From sequence record KJ019143.1: a stretch of 64,000 bases of DNA; one strand, written 5' to 3'. Numbering within the stretch: position 1 is the first letter of the stretch; every line of letters begins with the position of its first letter. The position numbers were made by a program, and so were the translations under genes. The notes beneath the pieces are model-generated. The model ran no database searches and had not been told where the DNA came from. It was given only the letters and a program-made list of their open reading frames with translations. Shown here one piece after another: positions 28,925-38,411 of this stretch.

Positions 28925-29569
28925 TTGGATTCCAATAAGAGATCGATTATTAGAAAACTAGCAGCTATTGCTGCGATTGGCTTCGTGGGTATTCCCGCTG
29001 GAGCTGGTCTAATCCCTACTCTAGAACAGTTTCAAGAAGAAAATGGATATGGTACTGAGGAAGTAGTAGAGGATACAACTGAAGAGGTAGTAGAAGAAGT
29101 AGCAATGACAAGGCGTTGGGTTCTCCCCAATGGAACACATAATGAGAAGATAGTACTCAGTGCCCTACAGGATAGGGGTATTACTGATAAAGTTGCTCTA
29201 GCGGTTGTTTTAGGTAATATCAAACAGGAGTCACGATTCCATTCCAATATCTGTGAGGGTGGTGCAAGAGTTAACTATCATGGTTGTAGATATGGTGGTT
29301 ATGGTCTTATCCAATGGACTACTTCAGATAGATATAGAGGACTTGGACACTACGCTTCTAGGATTGGTGGTGATCCTTCCAGTGTAGAAACTCAGGTTGG
29401 ATATATCTTCAGAGAGAGGCAGTGGTTAGACATTGAATCATCCCTCAAAAGAAATGGTCATAGTGTTGGTTACTACATGAATAGGGCATATTACTGGTTG
29501 GGATGGGGTCACCATGGAGCCAGAACCCACTACTCACATGACTATGCTGCTCGTCTCATCTTTAAATAA
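28925..29569 (+). CDS. phage tail-type lysozyme-like protein with N-terminal hydrophobic segment
   Basis: AVVLGNIKQES, GYGLIQWT; TTG start uncertain. Confidence 0.75.
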   Translation: MDSNKRSIIRKLAAIAAIGFVGIPAGAGLIPTLEQFQEENGYGTEEVVEDTTEEVVEEVAMTRRWVLPNGTHNEKIVLSALQDRGITDKVALAVVLGNIKQESRFHSNICEGGARVNYHGCRYGGYGLIQWTTSDRYRGLGHYASRIGGDPSSVETQVGYIFRERQWLDIESSLKRNGHSVGYYMNRAYYWLGWGHHGARTHYSHDYAARLIFK

Positions 29570-29583
29570 ATAGATGAAACCCA

Positions 29584-29979
29584 ATGAAAGTCCCAGAGTT
29601 TAAAGTCAGTTTTCAGTTTGGTAAGAAGAAGAAAAACCCCCTACGTCTATACATTATAGGGGCAGTTTTGAGCTTTGTTATCGATATGATACATACTTTT
29701 ATGAGGGTTCCCACAAAGGACCTCTGGGCTTTGGTTGACGAATTGGGAAAAGAGCTTAGAATAGAAGATATCAATGAGCTCGTTTTGAATAGTCCCGAAC
29801 TACTACAGGCTAGAATCGAACGAGAAGTTGATGGAGCTATTGAGGACCATCTTAAAGAAACAGGTCACAAAGACCCAGAGATTGAATCAGTATTTACTGA
29901 AACACTAAAGGGAGAAACCCCCTTAGGTGGTGAACTAAGAATCCGTGGTAAGTGGGTTCCTGAAAATAAGGAGGACTAA
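29584..29979 (+). CDS. hypothetical protein
   Basis: 131 aa with one hydrophobic segment; TAAATA upstream. Confidence 0.7.
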   Translation: MKVPEFKVSFQFGKKKKNPLRLYIIGAVLSFVIDMIHTFMRVPTKDLWALVDELGKELRIEDINELVLNSPELLQARIEREVDGAIEDHLKETGHKDPEIESVFTETLKGETPLGGELRIRGKWVPENKED

Positions 29980-30140
29980 TGAAACGACACAACAAAGTGA
30001 TGCACCTTATCCGTGAGTCTCTTCGTAACCCAGAAGCATATTCTGAGGAAGAGATTACATATATGAGAGAGCAACTCAAACTACTGGAGGGTGAGAAGGA
30101 AACTATTAAACGGGAGAAGAATCGTGGATTTGGATCTTAA
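29979..30140 (+). CDS. small hypothetical protein (53 aa)
   Basis: Hand-translated; TAATG overlap, GAGG RBS, ends RGFGS. Confidence 0.65.
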   Translation: MKRHNKVMHLIRESLRNPEAYSEEEITYMREQLKLLEGEKETIKREKNRGFGS

Positions 30141-30570
30141 ATTCATTGGAGATGAGTGTCTTAGGAAACCATCAGTAAATGTTGAAGATATCACAGAGGA
30201 TGTGGTAACTTTATCCAAGGCAATGAAACAGAAGATGGTTGAGTGTAATGGTATTGGTCTAGCAGCCCCACAGGTTGGTAGGAATATCAGACTTATAGTT
30301 GTGCGACTAATGTGTGGTATGACTGTGGAGATGATTAATCCACGCATCAGTTGGACTTCTGATGACAGATGCATACTTGATGAAGGTTGTCTTAGTATCC
30401 CTGGAAAAACACACCCTGTTGAGAGGTATAAATCCATCAGAGTTAAATTTCAGGACATTACAGGACAACATAAATATTGGAAATTATCTAAGATGGACGC
30501 ACGAGTGGTTCTACATGAGTATGATCATTTGGAAGGTTTATTGATGGTTGATTACCAGAAGACTGGTTAA
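30124..30570 (+). CDS. def: peptide deformylase
   Basis: GIGLAAPQVG, EGCLS, HEYDH; start placed at GTG 30124. Confidence 0.93.
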   Translation: MDLDLKFIGDECLRKPSVNVEDITEDVVTLSKAMKQKMVECNGIGLAAPQVGRNIRLIVVRLMCGMTVEMINPRISWTSDDRCILDEGCLSIPGKTHPVERYKSIRVKFQDITGQHKYWKLSKMDARVVLHEYDHLEGLLMVDYQKTG

Positions 30571-30586
30571 CTTTATAGTATTAACA

Positions 30587-30778
30587 ATGATTATGAAAAC
30601 GAAGAGAGAGCGTCTTGAAGATGTCATTATGGAATATCTAGATGAAGAATACTCGTCTCGACGTATCTACGAAGAATTCTTATCAGTAATGATGAATGAA
30701 TGTCAAGGTAGGGAGGAGGCATCTAAGAAAGCCTTAGAACTTAGAGACTTGATGTTAGGTGATAGACCTGTATTTTAA
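30587..30778 (+). CDS. hypothetical protein
   Basis: ORF in operon, start shortened. Confidence 0.6.
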   Translation: MIMKTKRERLEDVIMEYLDEEYSSRRIYEEFLSVMMNECQGREEASKKALELRDLMLGDRPVF

Positions 30779-30796
30779 CAAAGGAGATTATCAATT

Positions 30797-31108
30797 ATGA
30801 CTAAAGAAGTTAGCGATTTGAAACTCACACGACTTGAGTGTGTGAAGTGTGGCGCCACTTGGATCAATGGTAATCATGTATGGAAGACTGGTAATACTGG
30901 AAGTGAAACCGATCTAGCTGGGTTAGTTTGCAATAAACTAGGTGATGACGATTGCATCAACCCCCTAAGGGGTGCTGAGACAGGTGACACTTGGGAACAA
31001 CGCCTTGGTGACCTGGATACTGGATTCAATGCAAGGAGAGAGCGTCTAGAAGACCAGAGAGCAAGGTTCAAAGAACAATATGGGGAAGACCCTCACTTTG
31101 ACGATTGA
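30797..31108 (+). CDS. hypothetical Cys-containing protein
   Basis: AAGGAG RBS; CVKC...CNKLGDDDCINP. Confidence 0.75.
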   Translation: MTKEVSDLKLTRLECVKCGATWINGNHVWKTGNTGSETDLAGLVCNKLGDDDCINPLRGAETGDTWEQRLGDLDTGFNARRERLEDQRARFKEQYGEDPHFDD

Positions 31109-31110
31109 GG

Positions 31111-31154
31111 AAGTGGCACACCCCCTAGGCAAACCTATGGGGATGCGTTATAAT
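31111..31154 (+). promoter_or_regulatory. early promoter with upstream motif
   Basis: AAGTGGCACA-N5-TAGGCA-N17-TATAAT. Confidence 0.75.
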
Positions 31155-31176
31155 ATGAAGGTAATCAACCAGAGAG

Positions 31177-31392
31177 ATGACACAGCTTAAAACAAAGTTC
31201 CGCAGGTATATCGGTGTTCTCACTGAAGCCGTATCTCGTTCCATCGAGTTAGACTACTCACAACCCAAACTCTATAAGAAGGTCCGAAGGTTCTATGAGG
31301 AACAGGGAGTCTCCTTCACTGGAGACGAGGTAGATGACTACCAAATTGTTATGGATTGTTTAACTGAAGATCTAGTAAAGGAGCCAGTATGA
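31177..31392 (+). CDS. conserved cyanophage hypothetical protein
   Basis: 71 aa directly downstream of early promoter. Confidence 0.7.
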   Translation: MTQLKTKFRRYIGVLTEAVSRSIELDYSQPKLYKKVRRFYEEQGVSFTGDEVDDYQIVMDCLTEDLVKEPV

Positions 31393-31625
31393 AGACTATT
31401 CTTGAGAGAGAAGGTTTCCGTTTCATTGAGAAAGGTATTATTGAACTCAATGGAATGCCAGACTACCGACTACAGAAACAAGATCACTATTCCCAACGAT
31501 GGAATGATGTTTATCTCTTCGATAACAAGATGCAGTGTCTAACTGCTATGGAAGATATCGAATATTGTAAGTGGTTGTGTGGAGAACCCTGTTATGTTCG
31601 TGATGTTGTTGGTTCCTATTCATAG
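31389..31625 (+). CDS. hypothetical protein
   Basis: ATGA overlap, AGGAG RBS. Confidence 0.7.
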   Translation: MKTILEREGFRFIEKGIIELNGMPDYRLQKQDHYSQRWNDVYLFDNKMQCLTAMEDIEYCKWLCGEPCYVRDVVGSYS

Positions 31626-31856
31626 ATGAGAACTACATCCTTCCTAAGGTATCTTGGAAATACCTTACTAGTGTTGGGTCATTTCACACTCCTTTGGGGG
31701 GATACACAGACCGCCTTGACTATCAAAATCATAGGTGGTCTTTCTTTGTTACCCTTTGCCATCTCCTGGAAGTTGTGGGATGTTGTGGCACTTGAGTTAA
31801 TATTTGGAGGTATGGATGTAACCAAGTTCATCCAGCTGGTGTTTTCTAACTCCTAG
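31626..31856 (+). CDS. small membrane protein
   Basis: 76 aa, three hydrophobic segments. Confidence 0.65.
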   Translation: MRTTSFLRYLGNTLLVLGHFTLLWGDTQTALTIKIIGGLSLLPFAISWKLWDVVALELIFGGMDVTKFIQLVFSNS

Positions 31857-31882
31857 GGTTTCTTTATTCCCTTACAAAGATG

Positions 31883-31926
31883 AAGTGGCGCACCTGATTG
31901 GCAAACCCAAAAATATGTGTTATACT
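31883..31926 (+). promoter_or_regulatory. early promoter with upstream motif
   Basis: AAGTGGCGCA-N5-TTGGCA-N17-TATACT. Confidence 0.8.
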
Positions 31927-31931
31927 GGGTA

Positions 31932-32017
31932 GGTATTGGTAGCGTTTTCAGGGGTGAATAAACTACCAATACCAATCTAAACTCATAGAAAACCACTCCT
32001 CATGGGGTGGTTTTTTT
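31932..32017 (+). ncRNA. candidate ~86-nt small RNA
   Basis: Promoter, 11-bp perfect stem GGTATTGGTAG/CTACCAATACC, then terminator CCACTCC-tcat-GGGGTGG-T7; no ORF. Confidence 0.6.
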
Positions 32018-32051
32018 GTGCGCGTATAACTAGTGTAACTTGGGTTACATT

Positions 32052-32348
32052 ATGAAAGCCGACGCACAACTAGAACACCACGCCAATTGCTGGAATGCTA
32101 TTCGAAATAATGATAAGGAATACTTTAAGATAGGAGTTGGTGTTTATAAAACTATCAACGCTGATAGGGAATACTATATCAATAGTCGTATTGAAACTGA
32201 TAAGAATAGTGATATATCAGAGATGGATCAAGTGAAAGAAGCCCACTCCAAACACTTAAGTTATTTTATTGGATACAAATCAGAAGTAACAGTTGAAGCT
32301 ATCAGTAGTGATTGGAAATCTACCCTATACCGGGTTACTACCTGCTAG
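32052..32348 (+). CDS. hypothetical protein
   Basis: 98 aa from ATG 32052. Confidence 0.6.
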   Translation: MKADAQLEHHANCWNAIRNNDKEYFKIGVGVYKTINADREYYINSRIETDKNSDISEMDQVKEAHSKHLSYFIGYKSEVTVEAISSDWKSTLYRVTTC

Positions 32349-32349
32349 G

Positions 32350-32361
32350 GTGTGTTATAAT
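32350..32361 (+). promoter_or_regulatory. extended -10 sigma70-type promoter upstream of gmd
   Basis: GTGTGTTATAAT, same motif as at 7614, 12583 and 45881; -35 weak. Confidence 0.6.
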
Positions 32362-32380
32362 AGATGAAATGCATGTTGTG

Positions 32381-33379
32381 ATGAAAGCTTTAATCTCTGG
32401 TATAACTGGGCAGGATGGATCCTATCTTGCTGAACTTCTACTGAAGAAGGGGTATGAAGTCCATGGTATTATTCGTAGAACCTCCTCGTTTAATACAGGA
32501 AGAATCGATCATATCTTCGATCAGTTACACCTCCACTACGGGGATTTGACTGACTCCCTGAACATAGTCTCTATCATTAAGGAAGTAGAACCTGATGAGA
32601 TCTACAACCTAGGGGCACAGAGTCATGTGAAAGTATCTTTCGAGGAACCAGAATATACAGCACAGACTGATGCTCTGGGGACCCTAAGAGTATTGGAGGC
32701 AGTTCGTCTCCTAGGTATGACAGATAGGGTCCGTATCTACCAGGCATCCACCAGTGAGTTGTATGGGTTGGTTCAGGAGACACCCCAGAAAGAAACAACT
32801 CCTTTCTACCCACGATCTCCATATGGCGTAGCTAAACTCTATGGATATTGGATTGTAAAGAACTACAGAGAGAGTTATGGGATGCACGCTAGTAGTGGTA
32901 TTCTATTCAACCATGAGTCACCACGACGGGGTGAGACTTTCGTAACCCGTAAGATTACTAGGGGACTATCCCGTATTAGTACAGGACTACAGGATTGTCT
33001 ATACCTAGGTAATCTAAACTCAAGACGAGATTGGGGTCATGCTGAAGACTATGTGGAGGCTATGTGGTTGATGTTACAACAGGAAACTCCTGATGACTAT
33101 GTGATTGCCACAGGTAAAGAGTATTCAGTGAAGGACTTTGTAGAGGCATCTGCTGAATACTTTGGTATGAAGATTGAGTGGCAGGGTGAAGGATTGGATG
33201 AAGTGGGTATAGATAGATTTACAAAGAAGGTTGTCGTTCGTGTGAGTGACAAATACTTCAGACCAGCAGAGGTTGAAACTCTCTGGGGTGATCCCACTAA
33301 GGCTAAAGAGGTATTGGGTTGGAAACCTAATCATACCTTTGCTTCCCTAGTAGAAGATATGTGTATTTACGGTCAGTGA
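32381..33379 (+). CDS. gmd: GDP-mannose 4,6-dehydratase
   Basis: [51 protein letters not shown]. Confidence 0.97.
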   Translation: MKALISGITGQDGSYLAELLLKKGYEVHGIIRRTSSFNTGRIDHIFDQLHLHYGDLTDSLNIVSIIKEVEPDEIYNLGAQSHVKVSFEEPEYTAQTDALGTLRVLEAVRLLGMTDRVRIYQASTSELYGLVQETPQKETTPFYPRSPYGVAKLYGYWIVKNYRESYGMHASSGILFNHESPRRGETFVTRKITRGLSRISTGLQDCLYLGNLNSRRDWGHAEDYVEAMWLMLQQETPDDYVIATGKEYSVKDFVEASAEYFGMKIEWQGEGLDEVGIDRFTKKVVVRVSDKYFRPAEVETLWGDPTKAKEVLGWKPNHTFASLVEDMCIYGQ

Positions 33380-33381
33380 TT

Positions 33382-34308
33382 ATGAAAAAGGGTTCAACGG
33401 TAGCAGTATTTGGTTCGGGTGGATTGGCTGGAAGTGCCATCACCAGGGCACTCAGGTGTTCCTTTATGGCACATAAGATTCTTACCCCTAGGAGTAAGGA
33501 ACTAGACCTAAGAGAACAGGCAGATGTTCGTAGTTGGTTTAAGGAGAACAAAGTTGATTATGTATTCTTAGCCGCCGCCCTAGTTGGTGGTATTATGGCT
33601 AACAAGACTAGAAAGGCAGAGTTCTTACACGACAACCTAATGATGCAGTGTAATGTAATTGACTCTGCATACTATAGTGGAGTAAAGAAACTCCTATTCT
33701 TAGGTACCTCTTGTATCTATCCAGCAGGAAGACACCATCCACTAGTGGAACATGAACTACTCACAGGACTATTAGAACCAACCAATGACGCATACGCAAT
33801 CGCAAAGATCGCAGGGATCAAACAATGTGACTTCTACCGAGAACAATATGGATTTGATGCTATCTCTATCATGCCTCCTAATCTATATGGTCCTGGAGAT
33901 AATTTCAATGAGGGATCAGGACATGTCCTCGCCTCACTAATGAATAGGTTTCACCTAGCGAAGGAAGCAGGTGCATCTAGAGTTGAATGTTGGGGTGATG
34001 GATCACCTATGAGAGAGTTTCTATATGTGGATGACTTAGCAGATGCTTCCTTATACTTTATGAATAGTTATAGTGAGTCTGGGCACATTAATACTGGGAC
34101 TGGTAGGGATGTAACTATCAAACAACTAGCGGAGACTATTGCTGATGTAGTTGGATACAAAGGTGAGATAGGTTGGGATACAACTAAACCCAACGGAAAC
34201 CCAAGGAAACTACTTGACAGCAGTAGGGCAAACCTGTTAGGATGGGAACCCAAGGTTAAATTTGAAGACGGAATCAAACTCACATACAACTGGTATCTAG
34301 CACAATGA
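33382..34308 (+). CDS. fcl: GDP-L-fucose synthase / ColC-like epimerase-reductase
   Basis: GSGGLAG, AALVGGI, LGTSCIYP, YAIAK, WGDGSPMREFLYVDD. Confidence 0.93.
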   Translation: MKKGSTVAVFGSGGLAGSAITRALRCSFMAHKILTPRSKELDLREQADVRSWFKENKVDYVFLAAALVGGIMANKTRKAEFLHDNLMMQCNVIDSAYYSGVKKLLFLGTSCIYPAGRHHPLVEHELLTGLLEPTNDAYAIAKIAGIKQCDFYREQYGFDAISIMPPNLYGPGDNFNEGSGHVLASLMNRFHLAKEAGASRVECWGDGSPMREFLYVDDLADASLYFMNSYSESGHINTGTGRDVTIKQLAETIADVVGYKGEIGWDTTKPNGNPRKLLDSSRANLLGWEPKVKFEDGIKLTYNWYLAQ

Positions 34309-35498
34309 CAAAGATTACAAATGGATATACGTGGCCTCTTATGAAGGACACTGTGACCAAAAGAGATAGGTTGAGGATGGCAAAGTTTATCCTCACCAGT
34401 GATAGACTAACACAAGGTAAAGAAGTTCGTAAGTTTGAGGAGCAGTGGAGTGAGTGGCTTGGAGTTAAACATTCTCTTTTTGTTAGCAGTGGCAGTACCG
34501 CTAACCTACTTCTTGTGTCTGCTTGGAAGGAATTATACGAGATCCCAGACCAGTCGAAAGTAATTGTACCTGCTTGTACTTGGGTAACTAACGTTGCTCC
34601 TATTATCCAGTGTGGATTGACTCCAGTCTTTTGTGATATCAATCTAGAAGATTACTCTTTTGATTTGGATAAACTACAAGAACTACGTGATGAATATCAC
34701 GATGACATCAGAGGTATCTTTGTTACTCACCTCCTAGGATTTCCTGCTAATGTGGAAAAGTTTCGTGATGTTTTCCCCGACGCTCATATTCTAGAAGATG
34801 TATGTGAGAGTCACGGAGCAGTCCTCCCTAGTGGTGATAAGGCGGGAACCTTTGATGTTGGTGGCACATTTAGTTTCTACTTTGGGCACCACATGACTAC
34901 CATTGAAGGTGGTATGGTGAGTACTAATGATCCAGAACTCTATGATCTAATGAGAATGAAGCGTTCTCATGGGTTAGCGAGAGAATCACTATACTTTGAA
35001 ACATACAAAGAGAAGTATCCTGATGTAAATCCACAGTTTCTCTTCGTTACTGAGGGATATAACTTCCGTAATACTGATCTAGCTGCTGTATTAGGACAGT
35101 CTCAACTGAAGAGACTAGACAGTATGATTGGGATTCGTAACAGGAACTATGAGTTATACCAACAATTACTAAAGAAACACGAACATGACCTTACACATGA
35201 GTATGGTGGTTCTTTCTATATCCCCTCCACACAGGGGGATGTAAGTAGTTTCTGTTTTCCATTTGTAGTTGATAATATGCACTGCTATCTTAAGTTAAAA
35301 GAACTTCTAGAAGAATACTATGTTGAGTATCGACCTATTGTGAGTGGTAACCTCCTACGACAACCATTCTTGAGAGAATATTCTGCTGAGTGTCCCAAGG
35401 CAGATATAGCCCATGAAAAGGGACTATATATTGGGAATAATCACTTTGTAGATGAGTCTAACTTTCACATGCTAGATGAGATTTTGAGCCAACTTTGA
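34305..35498 (+). CDS. PLP-dependent GDP-4-keto-6-deoxymannose 3-dehydratase (ColD-like), DegT/DnrJ fold
   Basis: VSSGSTANL, LEDVCESHG, SFYFGHHMTTIEGG (His where aminotransferases have Lys); no E1-type Cys cluster. Confidence 0.8.
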   Translation: MTKITNGYTWPLMKDTVTKRDRLRMAKFILTSDRLTQGKEVRKFEEQWSEWLGVKHSLFVSSGSTANLLLVSAWKELYEIPDQSKVIVPACTWVTNVAPIIQCGLTPVFCDINLEDYSFDLDKLQELRDEYHDDIRGIFVTHLLGFPANVEKFRDVFPDAHILEDVCESHGAVLPSGDKAGTFDVGGTFSFYFGHHMTTIEGGMVSTNDPELYDLMRMKRSHGLARESLYFETYKEKYPDVNPQFLFVTEGYNFRNTDLAAVLGQSQLKRLDSMIGIRNRNYELYQQLLKKHEHDLTHEYGGSFYIPSTQGDVSSFCFPFVVDNMHCYLKLKELLEEYYVEYRPIVSGNLLRQPFLREYSAECPKADIAHEKGLYIGNNHFVDESNFHMLDEILSQL

Positions 35499-35499
35499 T

Positions 35500-36294
35500 A
35501 TGACATTTTCATTTAATCATATGGGCAACTTGGGGCACCTGGGAAACCAGATGTTTCAGTATGCCGCACTCATTGGTATGGGGGCTAAGCATGGGAGGAG
35601 TATTTGTATCCCCCATAAACAAAGTTTTGGGCAATCATACTACCAGGATCTTCGTAGTAATATCTACGATGCTTTCAACCTCTCACCCAATGGTGTAGGT
35701 ATCAGTAGGTTCCCCACAGTTCAGGAAGGTAGTTTCCACTTTGATGAAAACTTATTTGAGAACCCACCAGAGGAGAACTGTAACCTCTATGGATTCTTCC
35801 AGAGTGAAAAGTGGTTCTCACATATCAAAGAAGGTATTAAGAAAGAGTTCACTCTAAAGGATGAATACCGGGAAGTGGCACAACTGATGAGAGAACAACT
35901 CTCTGGTCAGGTTGTTGCTATTCATGTTCGTAGAACTGACTACCTATCCAATCCAAACCACGGAGCATTGGGTTTAGACTACTATGAGAAGGCGCTAGAG
36001 TTAGTTCCTAATAACCTCACAGTAGTTGTATTCACTGATGATCCAGAGTGGGCTAAAGAACAACCACTCTTTCCAGATGATAGGTTCTTTGTATCAGAGA
36101 CAGACTGTCCCTATACAGACCTTGCTCTTATGAGTATGTGTGATTATCATATTATTGCCAACAGTTCATACTCTTGGTGGGGTGCATACTTATCTGATAG
36201 TAAGAAAGTAATTGCTCCTAAACAGTGGTTTGGGGAACCACTTAAAACAAATAACCTGAAAGATCTTTATTGTGATGGGTGGGTGAAACTATGA
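35500..36294 (+). CDS. GT11 alpha-1,2-fucosyl/colitosyltransferase
   Basis: GHLGNQMFQYA, YGFFQSEKWF, IHVRRTDY, IANSSYSWWGAYL. Confidence 0.93.
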   Translation: MTFSFNHMGNLGHLGNQMFQYAALIGMGAKHGRSICIPHKQSFGQSYYQDLRSNIYDAFNLSPNGVGISRFPTVQEGSFHFDENLFENPPEENCNLYGFFQSEKWFSHIKEGIKKEFTLKDEYREVAQLMREQLSGQVVAIHVRRTDYLSNPNHGALGLDYYEKALELVPNNLTVVVFTDDPEWAKEQPLFPDDRFFVSETDCPYTDLALMSMCDYHIIANSSYSWWGAYLSDSKKVIAPKQWFGEPLKTNNLKDLYCDGWVKL

Positions 36295-36914
36295 GTAACT
36301 TTGCAAGTGCTAAACAGTTTATCAAGAATGGTATTGATACACAACAGGAGTCTATCTCTGGTGGTGGCAGCACTATGGCTTCCACAGTTGCCTTCAGATA
36401 CTTCCTACCAAAGTATATCAAACAGTATGGTATTGAGAGTATCTTAGACATTGGGTGTGGTGACTGGCATTGGATGTCTACTATCAGAGAAGAGTTTCCT
36501 GATGTAGACTATGAGGGATGGGATGCCTCTGAGGATATGATTAATCCCATGACTGAGAAGTATGGAACAGAGAATACCAGGTTTGAGGTAAAGGATATCA
36601 TTGATAACAAGTATCCCAAAGTGGATTTGGTTATCGCTCGTGATGTTCTATTCCACCTCAAAGAAGATTACCTAAAGAAGGTTCTCAAGAATATCAGTAA
36701 GGCAGGTGTGAAGTATCTACTAGCAACTACCTTCCCAGGTTTACCTAAGAACGAAGAACTCACTCCTAAGAAATATGACGGTTGGGGATTCAGACCAATC
36801 AATCTGGATATCGAGCCTTATAATATGAAAGATTATTGTATCAATGATTTCAAGGAAACCACAGCCCCCAACAGGGGGTATCATCGTCATGTGTATTTGT
36901 ATGAGGTAAAATGA
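36291..36914 (+). CDS. class I SAM-dependent methyltransferase (possible sugar O-methyltransferase)
   Basis: SGGGS...ILDIGCGDWHWM...RDVLFHL...RPINL. Confidence 0.85.
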   Translation: MSNFASAKQFIKNGIDTQQESISGGGSTMASTVAFRYFLPKYIKQYGIESILDIGCGDWHWMSTIREEFPDVDYEGWDASEDMINPMTEKYGTENTRFEVKDIIDNKYPKVDLVIARDVLFHLKEDYLKKVLKNISKAGVKYLLATTFPGLPKNEELTPKKYDGWGFRPINLDIEPYNMKDYCINDFKETTAPNRGYHRHVYLYEVK

Positions 36915-37063
36915 AGATCGAAATTGAACTCTCTAAAGATGTAGAATACAAAGGAGAGAAACTAGGTGAGTATATCTGGAACCTAGAAGAGGGAATTAAT
37001 CATGTTACTGGTTTTGGTGATTCACTTGAGGAATGTTTTAAGGAAATTGTGAGGTTTAGATGA
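36911..37063 (+). CDS. small hypothetical protein (50 aa)
   Basis: ATGA overlaps at both ends, GAGG RBS. Confidence 0.6.
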   Translation: MKIEIELSKDVEYKGEKLGEYIWNLEEGINHVTGFGDSLEECFKEIVRFR

Positions 37064-37791
37064 AGAAAGTAGCTATTATCTTTATTGGAACAGGTAGATA
37101 CCTAGAGTTTCTACCAAAGTATTATGAACAGGCAGAAGCAAACCTCTTCCCTGACAGACCCAAACACTACTATGTGTTTACTGATGGTGACTTAGGTAAT
37201 GAACTACCTGACAATGTAACTGTATACGAACAGGAACATCTCCAATGGCCATACATCACCCTCTATCGTTTCGGTATTATCCAGAAACACCTAGAGGAGA
37301 TTGAGAAGGAGTGTGGTTTCCTACTCTTTATGGATGCTGATACACAGGTAGTATCCCCTGTATCGTTCGATGAAGTATTCAGGAAGGGAAAACCCTATAC
37401 AGGTGTTCATCACCCCTGCCACGCCCTGAATATGCCACCACACAATGAGTTTCCTGGTAGTCTAGAAACTAATACAGCATCCAAGGCAGCATGTAAACCT
37501 GGTGATGACTTCTCTGTATATTGGCAAGGTTGTGTATGGGGTGGAAACATAAAGGGTGCTCGTAAGATTATTGATACTCTCCACCACAGAACTAAACAAG
37601 ATGAGGAGAATGGAATCATTGCCAAGTGGCATGATGAAAGTCATATCAATAGATACTTCCTTGACAACAAAGATAAGGTGAATACCCTATCACCTAGTTT
37701 CGCATACCCAGAGTCCTTCACTGAGTATATGGAAGACTACGAACCTAAGATTGTACACCTAGCAAAAGAGAATTCTAAGTATCAGGTATGA
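37060..37791 (+). CDS. GT6 family glycosyltransferase (ABO/alpha-1,3-Gal(NAc) transferase-like)
   Basis: FIGTGRY, HYYVFTD, WPYITLYRF, DAD, WQGCVWGG, WHDESHINRY. Confidence 0.92.
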   Translation: MKKVAIIFIGTGRYLEFLPKYYEQAEANLFPDRPKHYYVFTDGDLGNELPDNVTVYEQEHLQWPYITLYRFGIIQKHLEEIEKECGFLLFMDADTQVVSPVSFDEVFRKGKPYTGVHHPCHALNMPPHNEFPGSLETNTASKAACKPGDDFSVYWQGCVWGGNIKGARKIIDTLHHRTKQDEENGIIAKWHDESHINRYFLDNKDKVNTLSPSFAYPESFTEYMEDYEPKIVHLAKENSKYQV

Positions 37792-38411
37792 GTTACTTCA
37801 CAGATTATGACAACGAATTCACAGTATTCGAGGCACCAAAGAACGGGGGAACTACTCTCCGTCTTTGGATATACTACGCAGGAACAGGGGAGTTGGTGAA
37901 GTCAGCGGAGTCTGAATACTACGCTGGCACTGGAGAAACATACAAACAACTCCAAGAGTGGGGTTATGTGAATGGGGAATACGAGAACCCCAAGACCCAG
38001 ATGGTATGTATCAAGAGAGACCCTGTAGATAGGTTTGTAAGTGCCTTCTATGATAAGGTAATCAAAGAGGGGAGAATCAAAGTAACCATCGATGAGTTTC
38101 TCTCAAACTATGAAGAGATACTTGATAAGTCTACCCTCAAGATGAATGATGGTAAGACTAACTTCATGAAGTTTCACTTTGAGTCACAGACATATCACTT
38201 CGGTAAAGATAAAGATCTATATCATAAGGTCTTTGATATCTCAGAGGTTGGTACTGGTCTGAAGAAGTATCTGGAGGGTAAGTGGAATATAGAACTACCT
38301 GATGTCCATGCTAGAAATAGTGGTGGTGGTCGGAAGTTTGATCTCTCCAGGGGACAACTGAATAAGGTGAAGGAAATCTACACACAGGACTATTATAATG
38401 GCTGGTACTGA
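37788..38411 (+). CDS. sulfotransferase family 2 protein
   Basis: 5'-PSB-like PKNGGTT; 3'-PB-like RDPVDRFVSAF. Confidence 0.8.
   Translation: MSYFTDYDNEFTVFEAPKNGGTTLRLWIYYAGTGELVKSAESEYYAGTGETYKQLQEWGYVNGEYENPKTQMVCIKRDPVDRFVSAFYDKVIKEGRIKVTIDEFLSNYEEILDKSTLKMNDGKTNFMKFHFESQTYHFGKDKDLYHKVFDISEVGTGLKKYLEGKWNIELPDVHARNSGGGRKFDLSRGQLNKVKEIYTQDYYNGWY

Noticed and set aside
34305-35498. Annotation as perosamine synthase or other sugar aminotransferase
   Set aside because: The Schiff-base Lys position is His (GHH), which fits a 3-dehydratase.
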